Part shown: positions 10,952-22,779 of the stretch, piece by piece
Layout: the number at the start of each line of letters is the position of its first letter
Position numbering within the stretch: position 1 is the stretch's first letter
Assembly (NCBI RefSeq): GCF_964188315.1
Contig: NC_135668.1
Coordinates: 46,996,001 to 47,060,000, forward strand
Direction of reading: 5' to 3'
DNA: 64,000 bases
From: Podarcis muralis
Taxonomy: Eukaryota
Notes under the pieces: generated by a model
Told to the model about the DNA's origin: nothing
Databases searched by the model: none
Seen by the model: only the letters and a program-made list of their open reading frames with translations
Program-made: the position numbers and the translations under genes

Positions 10952-13082
10952 CTGCAAGGGAGGGAAAGCAAGAGTTTACACAGAGGGAAGCTGGCCAGAA
11001 ATGCAAAAGCACTTCCTCACAGAAGGACAGGGACAATGGACGTGTTGTGGACAGGTGCCATCAGCTGGAATGAGAAAAACTAAGCTACACTGGCCAACAG
11101 GAACAAGAGAAAGCCATGAAATGTTGCATGAGGTTCAGTGCTTTGTTAGGTAAATTAAGGGATACATCTGAAGAGCCCAGTGATCCATCTAGTGTCATCA
11201 TCCTGCTCCCTGCAGTGGATAACCAAAGGCCTCTAGGAAGCCTGAAAGCAGGACAAGGAAGGAAAGAGAACATCCCCTGTTGTACACATCCACTGGGAGA
11301 TAGAAGGTTTCATTTAGGAGCCCTGCAGCTTGAGCAGACCAAAAAGTTCCAGCACCTTGCTGCCTGTACTGGCCAACCAGGTGTCTCTAGGAAGGGCTTG
11401 AGGTGAACACACCTCTCCTGCCATTGCTCTCCAGCAACTGGTAGCCAAGAGGCAGACTGTCTCTGAACCTGGAGGTTCTACAGAGAAGTCACAATTAACA
11501 AATGTGGAGAGACCTCTCCTCTTCCTCCATGAAATGAATCTAATCTACTAAAGAAATGGGAAAAAGAATGATTTTCGCTGAGAAGAGGATGAAAGCTCAC
11601 AACACTGATTTAGTACATCGGGGGGTTTTCTCCCTCCAGGAAAAACCTTTCCGTATCACCATCTGACATGGAACACTCTACATTTTGCAGAAGACGGAGA
11701 CATACCCCATTCACTCGTGCTTCCTGTCTCTTATCTCCAAAGGGCTCTCACTAGCCCTGCAGGGTAGACTAGTTCATGAAACACAATGCTCCCTACCCCT
11801 CATGAACTGAGAGGAAAACAGGGAGCTACCCGACCCTGAGCTGGACCATTTCTCCAGAGCTTCAGGCAGGGAATCTTCACCAGCCCTACCTGGAGATGCT
11901 GGGGGTTGAACGGACACCTGCATGCAAAGCAGATGCTCTCTTCTACCCACTGTGCTACAGTTCCCTTCCTCCACAGAAGCAAAGCCACAGATACTGTAAA
12001 TCCCATTCCCTGTGGCACTTCAAGCTATTGTTCTGCCTTCTTAACCTCCTCCACAAAAGCAAAGAGGGATGTCTGGATCAGCAGAAACCCCCCTCCCCCT
12101 TGCTGAGAAAGGGGAAAGGTGCCACAGATTGATTGGATTTCAAAGTAATTTTATTTATTTCTTGTTTATTCAACTGATATCCTGCCCTTCCTCCCAGAGG
12201 AGCCCAGGGAGGTGAGGGGTAAACGCTTTAATCACAAAACACTTTTTAAAAGCATTCTAAAAGCAGTTAGAATCATTCTCTGAGCCAGTGATCTCAGGGT
12301 TGCCAGGAACAGTGTCCTTCAGTCATCAAATGCCTGAATAAACAGTATTTGTAGCTTATTTAAGTATGTGACTCCCCATTTTATTTTCCTCGAACAAACT
12401 TGTTGATCCCGTTAAACAGGAAAACGAAGAGTGATAAATGGAAACAGCGCCGAAAGAACCCATTATGCAGATTGACATGAGAAAATTTCCAAGGAATTCC
12501 AGGATTCCCTTGAGCAGAGCTTGAAAAGAGTCTGGGAGCTGCCTGGTTCTTTCCCAAACTACAGCCTTCAACTGAAGCTAGTGGAAGCTCCCATTCTTGG
12601 GTACGAAAGCTGCTCATTCATCCCTGAGCCTACCGACCAGGAAGAGGTATAAGCAAACAGGAGGAATGCCCAAAGGTTGGAGTTGGGCAGCCTAGCTGTG
12701 AAACCTCAGAGGCTGCCACATTTAAATCCATTCTACATGTTACACAGCAGTTAAGCCTGGCTCACCCACCAGTATGTCCTTGGCAGGGGACACCAGTCAA
12801 TCGTGTGTGGAAACAGATGTAAGCTGCATTCACACTTTTATGTTTCTTTAGGTGTACACTTGAGGTGCATCCTTTTAGCAACATGACCTTCTTCCTTTTC
12901 CTTTTTTAAAAAGATGAGAGGTGGCCCTTTAAGAAACAGTGCCACCCCTGCCACTTAACACTGAACGGGGGCGGGGGGGGGGAGTGAAGGAAATTTATTT
13001 TTACAAAGCACATTTCACTTTATGAAATGGGAGAACTATATATTCCAACTCAGCTCCTTGGGTGGGGCTATGGGATATGAAA

Positions 13083-13330
13083 GCAACCAGTGTGGTGTAG
13101 TTGCTAAGAGCAGTGGACTCGTAATCTGGTGAACCGGGTTTGCTTCCCTGCTCCTCCACATACAGCTGCTGGGTGACCTTGGGCCAGTCACACTTCTCTG
13201 AAGTCTCTCAGCCTCACTCACCTCTCAGAGTGTTTGTTGTGGGGGAGGAAGGGAAAAGGAGAATGTTAGCCACTTTGAGACTCCTTAGGGTAGTGATAAA
13301 GTGGGATATCAAGTCCAAACTCTTCTTCTT
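13083..13330 (+). mobile_element. tRNA-derived SINE with (CTT)n tail
   Basis: A-box-like gtggtgtagttgctaag, core ctgggtgaccttgggccagtca, simple-repeat tail. Confidence 0.7.
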
Positions 13331-16300
13331 CATCCAGTGCTCTGCTGGAGTCCCAAATTGACACCTGTTCAGTTGGGGAAGTTTCCAACCCTGCATTGTG
13401 CCTCCCAACTGCGGCTAGTTGTGGGAGCTCCCAAAATGCACTCTGAATATCTTGGCAGCTCAGAGCTCTGCATGAAGGCCCCAGATTCCATTCAGGGAAG
13501 CATCTCAGGTTGAAAAAGACGAGGAGCAGCTGGCGATGGAAAATGTGGCCTCCCTCTGCCTGCGACCCTGTAGTAACTGGGCTGAATAGACCGAGAGTCT
13601 GGACTTGGTGTAAGATAATGTTTTGCTTCATTGGCACCCCTAGTGACTTCCAGCATTCACTAGGACCAGTGTTTCACCAAAATAGCCTATGCAGGTGCTG
13701 GCTATTCCATTCAGGCAAATGGGGCACTGCCCCACCATCCTTAGGAAGTCCCCGCCTGCCAGCTTCCTCCTCTTCATACCCATGTATATAGAACTCAGCA
13801 GGGAGGAGGAGGATGGGGCCAGAACTAGAATGAGCTGGCTTTGTCTGCCATCGGCTCTGGCGCCACCTACTGTTAGGCTCCCACCTCCCAGTCCCAATGG
13901 GCACCAGCACCCACTGGAGACCTACAGCAGAGGAGGGGAACATTGTTAAGACCAAGGGTCACGTTCCCTTATGGACAGACTTCTGGGAGCTGCATGCCAG
14001 TGGTGAGTGGGGCTGAAGACAAAAGAGGGTGCAAGGCGAGTGCAGCAACAGAAGCGGTTCTTGCACCGTGGATTGCATTCCAGCCATGGAAAACACACAC
14101 AGGCCCTCTCTGTCCTCCATCCAGGTAAGGAAGAGGCATTATCACAATTAAAGGATGCATTCCCACAGGCAAACACAGTCCAGGGGAGCATGAAGCAGGG
14201 CCAGGAAGGGGCATGGCCCAGGGAGAGAGGCACGCGATCCTTGCAGGGCCACATTCAGCCCCTAGCCTGCCCCTTGCTTATGGCTAAATACAATAAAAAG
14301 CGATTTGCCTCCCTACAAGGCAGTGTTGTGCATTCAGGTAAGTTGCAGGCGTATCCTGCTGAATGCAGCTTGCTGAACCCCCTGAAGAGTCCCAAAGGAA
14401 TGACACAGGAGTAGCTTAACAATGATTAGCTGCCTGGAGCCAAAATGACCAGGAAACATGATGAGATGACCGAGCTTGTGCAACTCCTGCGATTCCAGAG
14501 AACGGCAGGGTACAGGACTCAGGTTCCTGGGAATGTCAGCTGCTGCTGCTGCTTTTTAAACTTGTTTGTAGGTCATAGGACTATGAACACATGCCTGAAA
14601 AGCACATGGGCAAGACTGCAGTGGCTGGGGCTTATGGGAGTTATAGTTCCAAACATCTGGAGGGCACCAGGTCAGAGAAGGCTTCTACAAAGCATGCCAA
14701 GTTGCTATTTTCGTAAGAGAATCCAGACTTGTGACTCAGTCTCCACTTCCTCCATAGCTTACAGCTGCTCTACGAGGAACCTGCGCCAAGGGATATCCCC
14801 CGTCCTTTGTAGACTGAGATGCAGATGCCCTGCCAGCAACATGGGCATGAACTGTAAGGCAGTCCTTGCTCCGCTAGCTTTTGAATACTTCAAGGAATTG
14901 AGAACACCAGCTCTTTCAGGGACCACCGGGAGGTAGTGAGGAGCAGCAGGAGTCTGTTGGTTTACTACCATCACACTCCCCACCCCTCACTGCACCCTTC
15001 CTGGAGCCATTAACATGAGCGACAGAGTCGAGCAGCGTTTTAGATTGCCAGCTCCTTGCAGCAGGGACCTGCCACCTTGCAGTTTGCAAAGCACCAAGTT
15101 CATTAATAGCAATAATGATAGCAAGTAGGGTTGGCAGAATGGGAGAGGTAGAGAGGTGGGACCAACGGACACAATCTACTTTCTACAAAGCATTCTACAA
15201 ACGCCACACGGAAATGAACAAGCGGGTGGAAAGGATTAGATTTGCTGTCACAGCCAGCAAGATATCTTCAGCCAGTCAATTCAACCACTTGTGCCAGTGT
15301 GATGCCACTTTGGGTTTTAAGACACACACACATAAGCACATAGGAAGCTACCTTATACAATAGATTCTTTTGACCCTTCACTTCCCACTTAGCCGCAGTG
15401 CTATCTTGCAGAATACATATGTTCAAGCTTTGCTAAGTCTTCATTAGACAGAAAAAATCTGGCGGCTGCAAGGCAGTCAGCCAATGTGGCCATCCTTTGA
15501 CATGCCCTCGTCATGCCAGTGGCCTAGGCAATAGAGCCAGGAACAAGTTTTAGGTCCTTCTTAAGAGCACTTTAATTCAATTTAGGAGAAGGTGTTTTCT
15601 TACTATGCATGGTATGGAGAAAAGAGCAGTGAGAAAGGCTCTTCTCCCTCTCATAGAACTCTAGATCTCATGGATACCTGTTGAATGCTGGAAGAATCGG
15701 GACAGATAAAAGAAAGTACCTTTTCACGGAGGATAAAACTATCAATGGGGGAATTGGGGAGAATGCTATTAAGCTCAAATTCTGCTCCTGGGCTTCCCAG
15801 AGGCAATGGCTGGCCCCTGTGAGAGCAGGATGCTAGGTGCAAGAGGCTCTGATCCAAGAGGCTCTCACGTTCTTAAGTATGCATAGCTAAAAGTAAAGCA
15901 GGGCTTTACAAGTTGGTAAATGCCAAACCTGCAAGCACAAACTGAGCACGGGAGATGCTAAAGCATGATCAAGAAGGTCACTCCATTCGGCTCCAGTGAC
16001 TTCACATGAGAGGTTTCACGGCAGATGTTTTTAGATAAAAACCATGAGAAAACCAACCATTTCAGAGATCCAGACCCACACCTCGTGTTTGGTGTTGCAC
16101 AGAATATGATTGTTCAGAGATCACAAGAAGTGCTTCCTTGGTTCTCCGAATCCTGCCCAACCCATCCAGGAATGCTTTACAATGAAGTGTCATGGCTCCA
16201 GGGTTGTGGACTAGGCAGACACTGGCAAATCTGCTCCCTATTAAGGCATTGTTTATTCATATATCAACAACTTGCAAAAAAATGCTTGCTTTCTTCTTCT

Positions 16301-16685
16301 TTTTATAAAAAAGGCAAAACCATTGTAGAGGTATTAACTTAGAGGATATGCTCAATGGCGCCTGGTGGTTTACAAAAGCCAACCCAGACTCTAAACCAGT
16401 GTTTCCCAACCGGTGTTCCGCGGCACACTAGTGTGCCGCGAGACGTTGCCTGGTGTGCCGCGGGAAAAATTGGCGGGGGGGGGGGGATAAAGGGGAAAAA
16501 AATTATTCCCCCACTGCCAGGCGTGGGGCTGGGGCGGGGGAAGCCCGAGCTTCCCCCTCCCCCAGAACGGGACCCAGAGCCATGCCGAAGCTGCGCGCAG
16601 CTTTGGCATCACTCTGGGAGCTTGCGGGGCTGGGGGAGGAGGAAGCCCTCCGCCAGCCTCCAAACCATGTCGGGAGACAGCGGGA

Positions 16686-17240
16686 TGGCGCGCTGCGCCT
16701 CTCCCGCTGTCCCCCGAGATTGCAGGGATGGGGATGGGGAGGAGCAGGCTTCTCCCCCCGCCAGCCTTCCAGCCAAGTCGGGGGGCAGCGGCAAGGGCGC
16801 GCTGCGCCTCTCCCGCTGTCCCCCAAGTTTGCAGGGCTGGCGATGGGGAGGAGCAGGCTTCTCCCCCCGCCAGCCTTCCAGCCAAGTCGGGGGGCAGCGG
16901 CAAGGGCGCGCTGTGCCTCTCCCGCTGTCCCCCGAGTTTGCGGGGCTGGCGATGGGGAGGAGCAGGCTTCTCCCCCCGCCAGCCTTCCAGCCAAGTCGGG
17001 GGACAGCGGGAAGGGCGCGCTGCGCCTCTCCCGCTGTCCCCCGAGTTTGCGGGGCTGGCGATGGGGAGGAGCAGGCTTCTCCCCCCCGCCAGCCTTCTAG
17101 CCAAGTCGGGGGACAGCGGGAAGGGCGCGCTGCGCCTCTCCCGCTGTCCCCCGAGTTTGCGGGGCTGGCGATGGGGAGGAGCAGGCTTCTCCCCCCGCCA
17201 GCCTTCCAGCCAAGTCGGGGGGCAGCGGCAAGGGCGCGCT
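16686..17240. repeat. GC-rich minisatellite, ~5 x 109 bp
   Basis: Unit starts at 16686, 16795, 16904, 17013, 17123 and 17232 (period 109-110). Confidence 0.95.
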
Positions 17241-17814
17241 GCGTTTCTCCGCTGTCCCGGACGGCTTTCAAAAGCCTGCCTTCAAAAGCCGTCCGGGACA
17301 GCGGAGAAACGCGCTGCCTTTCTCCGCTCTCCCGGGAAGGCAGGCAGGGGGGAGCAAAGGCTTTCGCCCCCGCCCGCCTTCAGAAGAGGTTAAGGACCTT
17401 CTAAAGCCATCCGGGACAGCGGTGAAACGCGCTGCCTTTCTCCGCTCTCCCCGGAAGGCAGGCAGGGGGGAGCAAAGACTTTCGCCCCCGCCCACCTTCA
17501 GAAGAGGACCTCTTCTGAAGGCGGGCGGGGGGCGAAAATCTTTGTCCCCCCTGCCTGCCTTCCCAGGGGCTTTTAAATCGCCCCGGACAGCGGAGAAGTC
17601 CTCCGCTGTCCCGGGCAATTTTAAAATGCCGCCCGCCAGCATTTTAAGATTGCCCCGGACAGCGGAGAAGTCCTCCGCTGTCCCGGGGTTTTTTAAAATG
17701 CTGGGGGTGGGAAGAAAAGCCCTTGTCCCCCCCCAGCCTTCAGAAGAGGTCGGGGGACAGACTGTCCCCGGACCTGGTCTGAAGGCGGTTTCCCTAGGAA
17801 CACATTAATTGATT

Positions 17815-17915
17815 TTCAATGCATTCCTATGGGAAACCGTGCATCGCAAGACGAAAAACTCGCAAGACGAAGAGACTTGCGGAACGAATTAATTTCGTCT
17901 TGCGAGGCACCACTG
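17815..17915. mobile_element. Single terminus of a Tc1/mariner-type element nested in the hAT
   Basis: Ends ...ttcgtcttgcgaggcaccactg|TA and is the near-exact reverse complement of the left end of the MITE at 49836. No matching left TIR found. Confidence 0.85.
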
Positions 17916-17929
17916 TATCCGGAGAGGCG

Positions 17930-18760
17930 GCCTTCAGGCGAGTTTTAATTTTAATTTTCCTTCTCCCACTTAATGCCCCACGCTCGCCCGAGCAGCTTGC
18001 AGTCCTCAGTAACCACGGCGACCCGAGGGAGGGGAGGGAACAGGGAAGTCGAGGGCGGCGGTGAGCCGCGATGACGTCAGTGGGCCGCGCCGCCTCGCCC
18101 TGGCACGGTGTGAGAGCCCCGGCTAGTGGCGCGAGCTTCAGAATAAGTGGGATCCGCGTGCGCGAGACCGAGATCGCGGGTAAGGAGCTCAGCCCTGGGC
18201 AGGAGGAAGCGGGGCCGCACGTGTGGGCCACATCCCCACAGAGAGCGAGCCTCCCCCGGCCCACCACTCCGGGCAGGTCCACTCGCATGAGGGGGCGGCG
18301 ATGGCGACAGCCGGCAGCTTGCCTGCAATGCCATCCCTCGGGCAGGCGAGGAGCCCAGAGGCTACCAGATGCGAGTCCTCTTTCCCACCCTGCTCGGGAG
18401 TCCAGAGCACTTGGTCGCATTCAGGATCTAGAGTGGGGAAGCGGGGCTTGTGTCTGGGCTGGACACATTGGGCTGCCTGTGCCGCTCGACCTGCGGGGAG
18501 AAATCAGGGTGGGAGTCACGACCGTGAGGCAGGGCTGCCAAGTGTGGCAGAAGAGGACACGGCCGTCGCACCTGTCCTTAGGTAGGAGCTTCTTCCGTGT
18601 CGACCTGCTGCCCTAAAGTCTTGGCTTTTTTCTTGGCTTTTTGGCGGTTGGCACAGAAGGAAGGCAAGGGGGAGGGGGGAAAATTGAAACTTACACTTTC
18701 GTGCGTCCCTCCCGGCGTGACGCTGCACGCTGACGTCACGGGGCTGTAATGGTGGTGTGC
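17930..18760. promoter_or_regulatory. CpG-island/promoter-like cargo inside the hAT
   Basis: CpG-dense, non-repetitive; CRE TGACGTCA at 18072 and 18731, E-box CACGTG at 18218, GC boxes. Function is inferred. Confidence 0.45.
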
Positions 18761-21248
18761 CTCGAGATTTTTTTCATGAAACAAGTGTGCCTTTGCCCAA
18801 AAAAGGTTGGGAAACACTGCTCTAAACTATCCCAGATTGGAATAAACTCTGTGGTGCAGTTAAAGACAGTGGTGCTTGTTCTTTTTCTTAAGAAAATATG
18901 TATTTGTTTTTGGGTATGGTCTGAATCCCAGGACTCACGACAAATGGGCTGAAAAAGGAGCTTTAAAAGACCACATAATTGGGTAGGGTGGGGGAGAGGA
19001 AGAGGAATCAGAGAGTTGCAATTAAATACTTCCTTACTACTTCACTTTACATATTTAAAAATGGATTAAATTTCCGAGAGATTTTCAAAGGAACCACACT
19101 TTGCCTGGTTTCACAGTTCTGCAAAAGTACAACATGCTAATCTACAGCAGGTGTGGCTGACCCAGAAAGCGACAAAAAGAGATGCAGGAGGGAAATTTTG
19201 TCCTTGTGAACGACAGTGCTCGGTTCTGAATTGCACAAAAGCCTTCCTCGTTTAGGATGAAGTCACAGCTAATTCTTATCTAAGAGGAAGCGACAAGCTC
19301 AGTATATATTTTATGGCGCCTCATTTCACCTTGCATGTGATATAATAACCAGCCAGGGGCTTTCCAAACATCTCTTGTTTCAAGCAAACCTACATACAAG
19401 CCGCATCTCAGTCAATACCGAACATCTCAATGAATGCCAAGTTTAGATGTTGGGAAAGGCAATAAAACAGAGCACAATGTCAGAGAACTAGTGAGGATAA
19501 CGTGAAGCTCACGAGCTTGCAGGTTCGGTCTGTAGGCAGTCAAAGCTGGGAGGCAAGTGCCACCACCGCCAGCAGGAAGCAAAGGAGACGAAGGCCACAC
19601 AGGAGGTGAGGGAAAAGGCTCAGTGAGCTTGCTAGGAAGTTGTTGGGGTTCAGTGTTCGCCTGCAAGGTGATGTTTTCAGGACCAACAATTCTCTGTAAA
19701 GGCAGCGGTGACCAACTTTTTATAGGAAGTGTGTCAAATGCAAAAGTGCCACCTTGGAGGGCATCACAATGCAATTCTTTATAGTGAAGTCGCATTCCAT
19801 ACAAATTTAACTGGTGCTTGGCTGCAGCTCTGTTCCAGATCAATTCCAGCCTTTTTCTTCTGCCTGCAACTCTCTCTGCTTGCCTCCATCCGTCTTCTCT
19901 CCTCCTGTTGGTGGAGGAGTGAGGCAAGGCAGCAGAGACATAGGGAGGGCCTCCCCCCACCCCATGCCAGCTAGTAGCCAGGTGTTGTTTTTTTAAAAAA
20001 AAGTCATTTGGGGCTATATGCGACTTTTGCAAATATGAGCTGCTTCTGGAATGTTACCCCTGAACGTGATGCAACTGGACTGCAGTCTAATGAGCTGGGC
20101 AGGCAGGCATACATATGGGAACTGACTCTATGCCACAGCCAGGCATGTGACCATGGTGGTGCCACACAACAGCCTTCCCCAACCTGGTGCCCTCCATATG
20201 TTTTGGTCTACAACTCCCATCTTCCCAGATGACAGGTCGCACTGGGGCTGATGGGAGTTGTAGCATCTGGGAGGGCACCAGCTTGGGGAAGGCTTGTCTA
20301 TGAGTCTTAATAAAATGAGTTTGAAGAGGGCGGGGAGCAGTTTAAAGCAATGCAGTGTTTGAGCACCCAGTTTATCCTTAAATACTCCTAGCCATATATT
20401 ATTTTAAGATACTGACATCCTCCCCATGAAAATTTGGCACAAGAAACAGGATTACCTTCCCTCGACAAGTACAGTAATCAATCCTTACTTTCTGTAGCCA
20501 TAAGCTCCTCCTACATCTGCCTGCGCATCCCCAGTTATGAGCCATAAAAGCAATAAAGAGACGGAGAATAGCAAGACACATGAAATGAACGAAACTAAAA
20601 ACGTTGTCACCAGAAGGATCATGGGGGAGAGTTGCCTAACAGAAATCAAAACTACTGAAATGGAGATTCGTTCAATAGTATTTGTTCGACAGAACAAATG
20701 CTTATTTTCTTTCACAGGGGACGGCATATGGACACCAGAAGGTCCCTCATATCTAATCAAACCAGTGCTGTCTACTCTGACTGACAGTGGCTCTTTGGGG
20801 CAAGGCGGGTGGGTTGTTCTCGGGGCAAGGGAAGATCTCTCCCATGACCTGAGGCCCTTTTTTAAGCTATGGAGCCCAATAGTCTGGAACCTTCTGCATG
20901 GGTGCTTTACCACTCAGCCAGAAGCATTTATCCCACCGCTGCAGCTGCCCAATACTTAGGGCACACAAGAATGGTTTGGGTTGCTTAATGATCTCACTAA
21001 CTGGCAGTAGCTCCAGCAAAGGTTTTCCCACTCCATCCACCTGCTACTGGATCCTTTAAAAAAGAAAGAATGGAAGAACAACTGGAGATGCCAGGGCTTC
21101 TGCATGCAAAGGATTTGCTCTGCCACTGAGCTCTGACCCCTGTATAAATGTGCAAGGTGGCACCAAGTTCGAGGAAGAATGAGAAAGTAAATGGAGGCCT
21201 TTCCGTATCGCAAGCACCCACTGACCCTGACCTAAGATTAGGAATCTT

Positions 21249-21277
21249 GGGAAATTCCGTCGCAAATGGAAATTCCC
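21249..21277. promoter_or_regulatory. Paired NF-kB consensus sites
   Basis: GGGAAATTCC (21249-21258) and GGAAATTCCC (reverse complement GGGAATTTCC; 21268-21277). Binding is inferred. Confidence 0.45.
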
Positions 21278-22630
21278 GCAATTTGTATGTTTGTGCAAGG
21301 TCAGGAACGGCAATCATGCAAGAAAATACAAGTGGCATTTGCTATTGTCGGGGCAGGGAGTTTAGTCTGCAAACTAAAATAAGTATGGTAAAATAATTAT
21401 GGTAAATATTTATGTTACAGTAAGCCTGCAACTTACGCGCATTTAACTTAGGTGCATTCAGGTTTATGTGCTGCTGCGGGGGGTGGGGCAAGAAAAAAAA
21501 TACTTTGGCAATCCCACCTGACATTAAATTCAATGTATTTTGACTATACTTGATTTTCGCTTTATATTTCCCTGTGTAATTGCATGCTTATTTTCTGCGT
21601 GAGTTTTTGACATGTCCCTTCCACTGAAATGCATCAAAATTAAATACATAAATCCTTGCATAGCGAGACAAACGACGTAGGTTTTGGTGGAAGCTGAACA
21701 GAAACAGCAATGAACCGAGGACAAGACAGGATAGAAATTGCTGCTGCCTTACAACCCTGCACAAGACAACAGGCATCTCTGGAGAAATTAGAGGACAAAC
21801 TTGAACCCCTGCAAGAACAAGTGGGGAAACCACCGGGTCCATCTTGCCCAGTATTGTCTGCACTGACTGGCAGAGGCCCTCCCCCAGCCCTACCTGGAGG
21901 GCGACCCTCCCTAGATTTAAGATCCTCAATCCTTATTCACAGTGAGTTGTGACTGAAGAAGGGGGTATTTCAGAAATGATGGGTCAATGGAAACTTTGCC
22001 ATCATTACTTGAAGAGAGATGCAAAATCTATTATTATTATTTTATAAAAAATATTGGCAACAGGAAACAGCACCTGGGCCTGCCAGAAAATACCATCCTT
22101 TTAAAAACCACAGTTTCTCTGAAGCAGTCAAACAAACATGTAGTTTAGGAAGACCTTGGGAGCACAAAAAGCATCAGTGTACATTAGTTCACGGTGGCTG
22201 ACAGAAAGATAGATATGGGTCGATATGGGGGAAATCACCATGTTGCTTCAAGAGGCCACGAGATCAGGTGGAGCAGGCTGGTGGCTGGTGAGAAGGGTAG
22301 ATTAAATCATCATCATCATCATTGGACAACCGAAGAACGCCAAATGTGCTCAGAGGTAAGCCTAAAAATGCTATACTGCCAGAGTCACAGGAAGAGGCTG
22401 TTCTGCTTCTCCCTCACTTGAGGCTATTGAGAAGCTATTTTGGACACAGAAGCAGAGCTTGACTAAGGGAGAACAAAGGAGGTTTGCTAAATGATAAGTC
22501 TGCTCAAGTTACTCGCCCACAAACTGCCCCAAGCTCTCCTGCCCACACTTAACTGGTTGGCAGTTTGTTTCTGGACCCAGTTCAAGGTGCTCACAGTGAC
22601 GCTCCTCTTCGCCCTGGCTGCTGATACTTG

Positions 22631-22779
22631 GAATCGTAGAACTGTAGAGTTGGAAGGGACCCTGAGGATCATCATCTAGTCCAACTCTCTGTGATGCAGG
22701 AATATGCAGCTGTCTCGTACAGGGATCAAAACTGCAGCCCTGGCGTTATCCGCATCACGCTCTAACCAACTGAGCTACC
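22631..22779 (-). mobile_element. SINE with tRNA-Ile-like head and CR1-type tail
   Basis: Minus strand tagctcagttggttagagcgtg..gataacgcc..., tail ggtcccttccaactctacagttctacgattc. Confidence 0.8.

Larger units (their letters stand above)
16397..18819. mobile_element. 2,423-bp non-autonomous composite hAT transposon
   Basis: Perfect 15-bp TIRs CAGTGTTTCCCAACC / GGTTGGGAAACACTG; perfect 8-bp TSD CTCTAAAC (16389-16396 / 18820-18827); subterminal GTGTGCC motifs; no transposase ORF. Confidence 0.93.

Noticed and set aside
16686-17240. CRISPR-like regular array
   Set aside because: The units are contiguous tandem repeats with no unique spacers, there are no cas genes, and the context is eukaryotic.
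16355-17808. Long overlapping ORFs (349, 237, 221, 220, 215 aa) on both strands
   Set aside because: They arise from a stop-poor GC-rich 109-bp repeat. The period is not a multiple of 3, all frames are open, and there are no transposase or other domain motifs.
20537-20959. 140-aa plus-strand ORF as a nested antisense gene
   Set aside because: No recognisable domain, and its 3' part overlaps LINE-like sequence. The length is plausible by chance.
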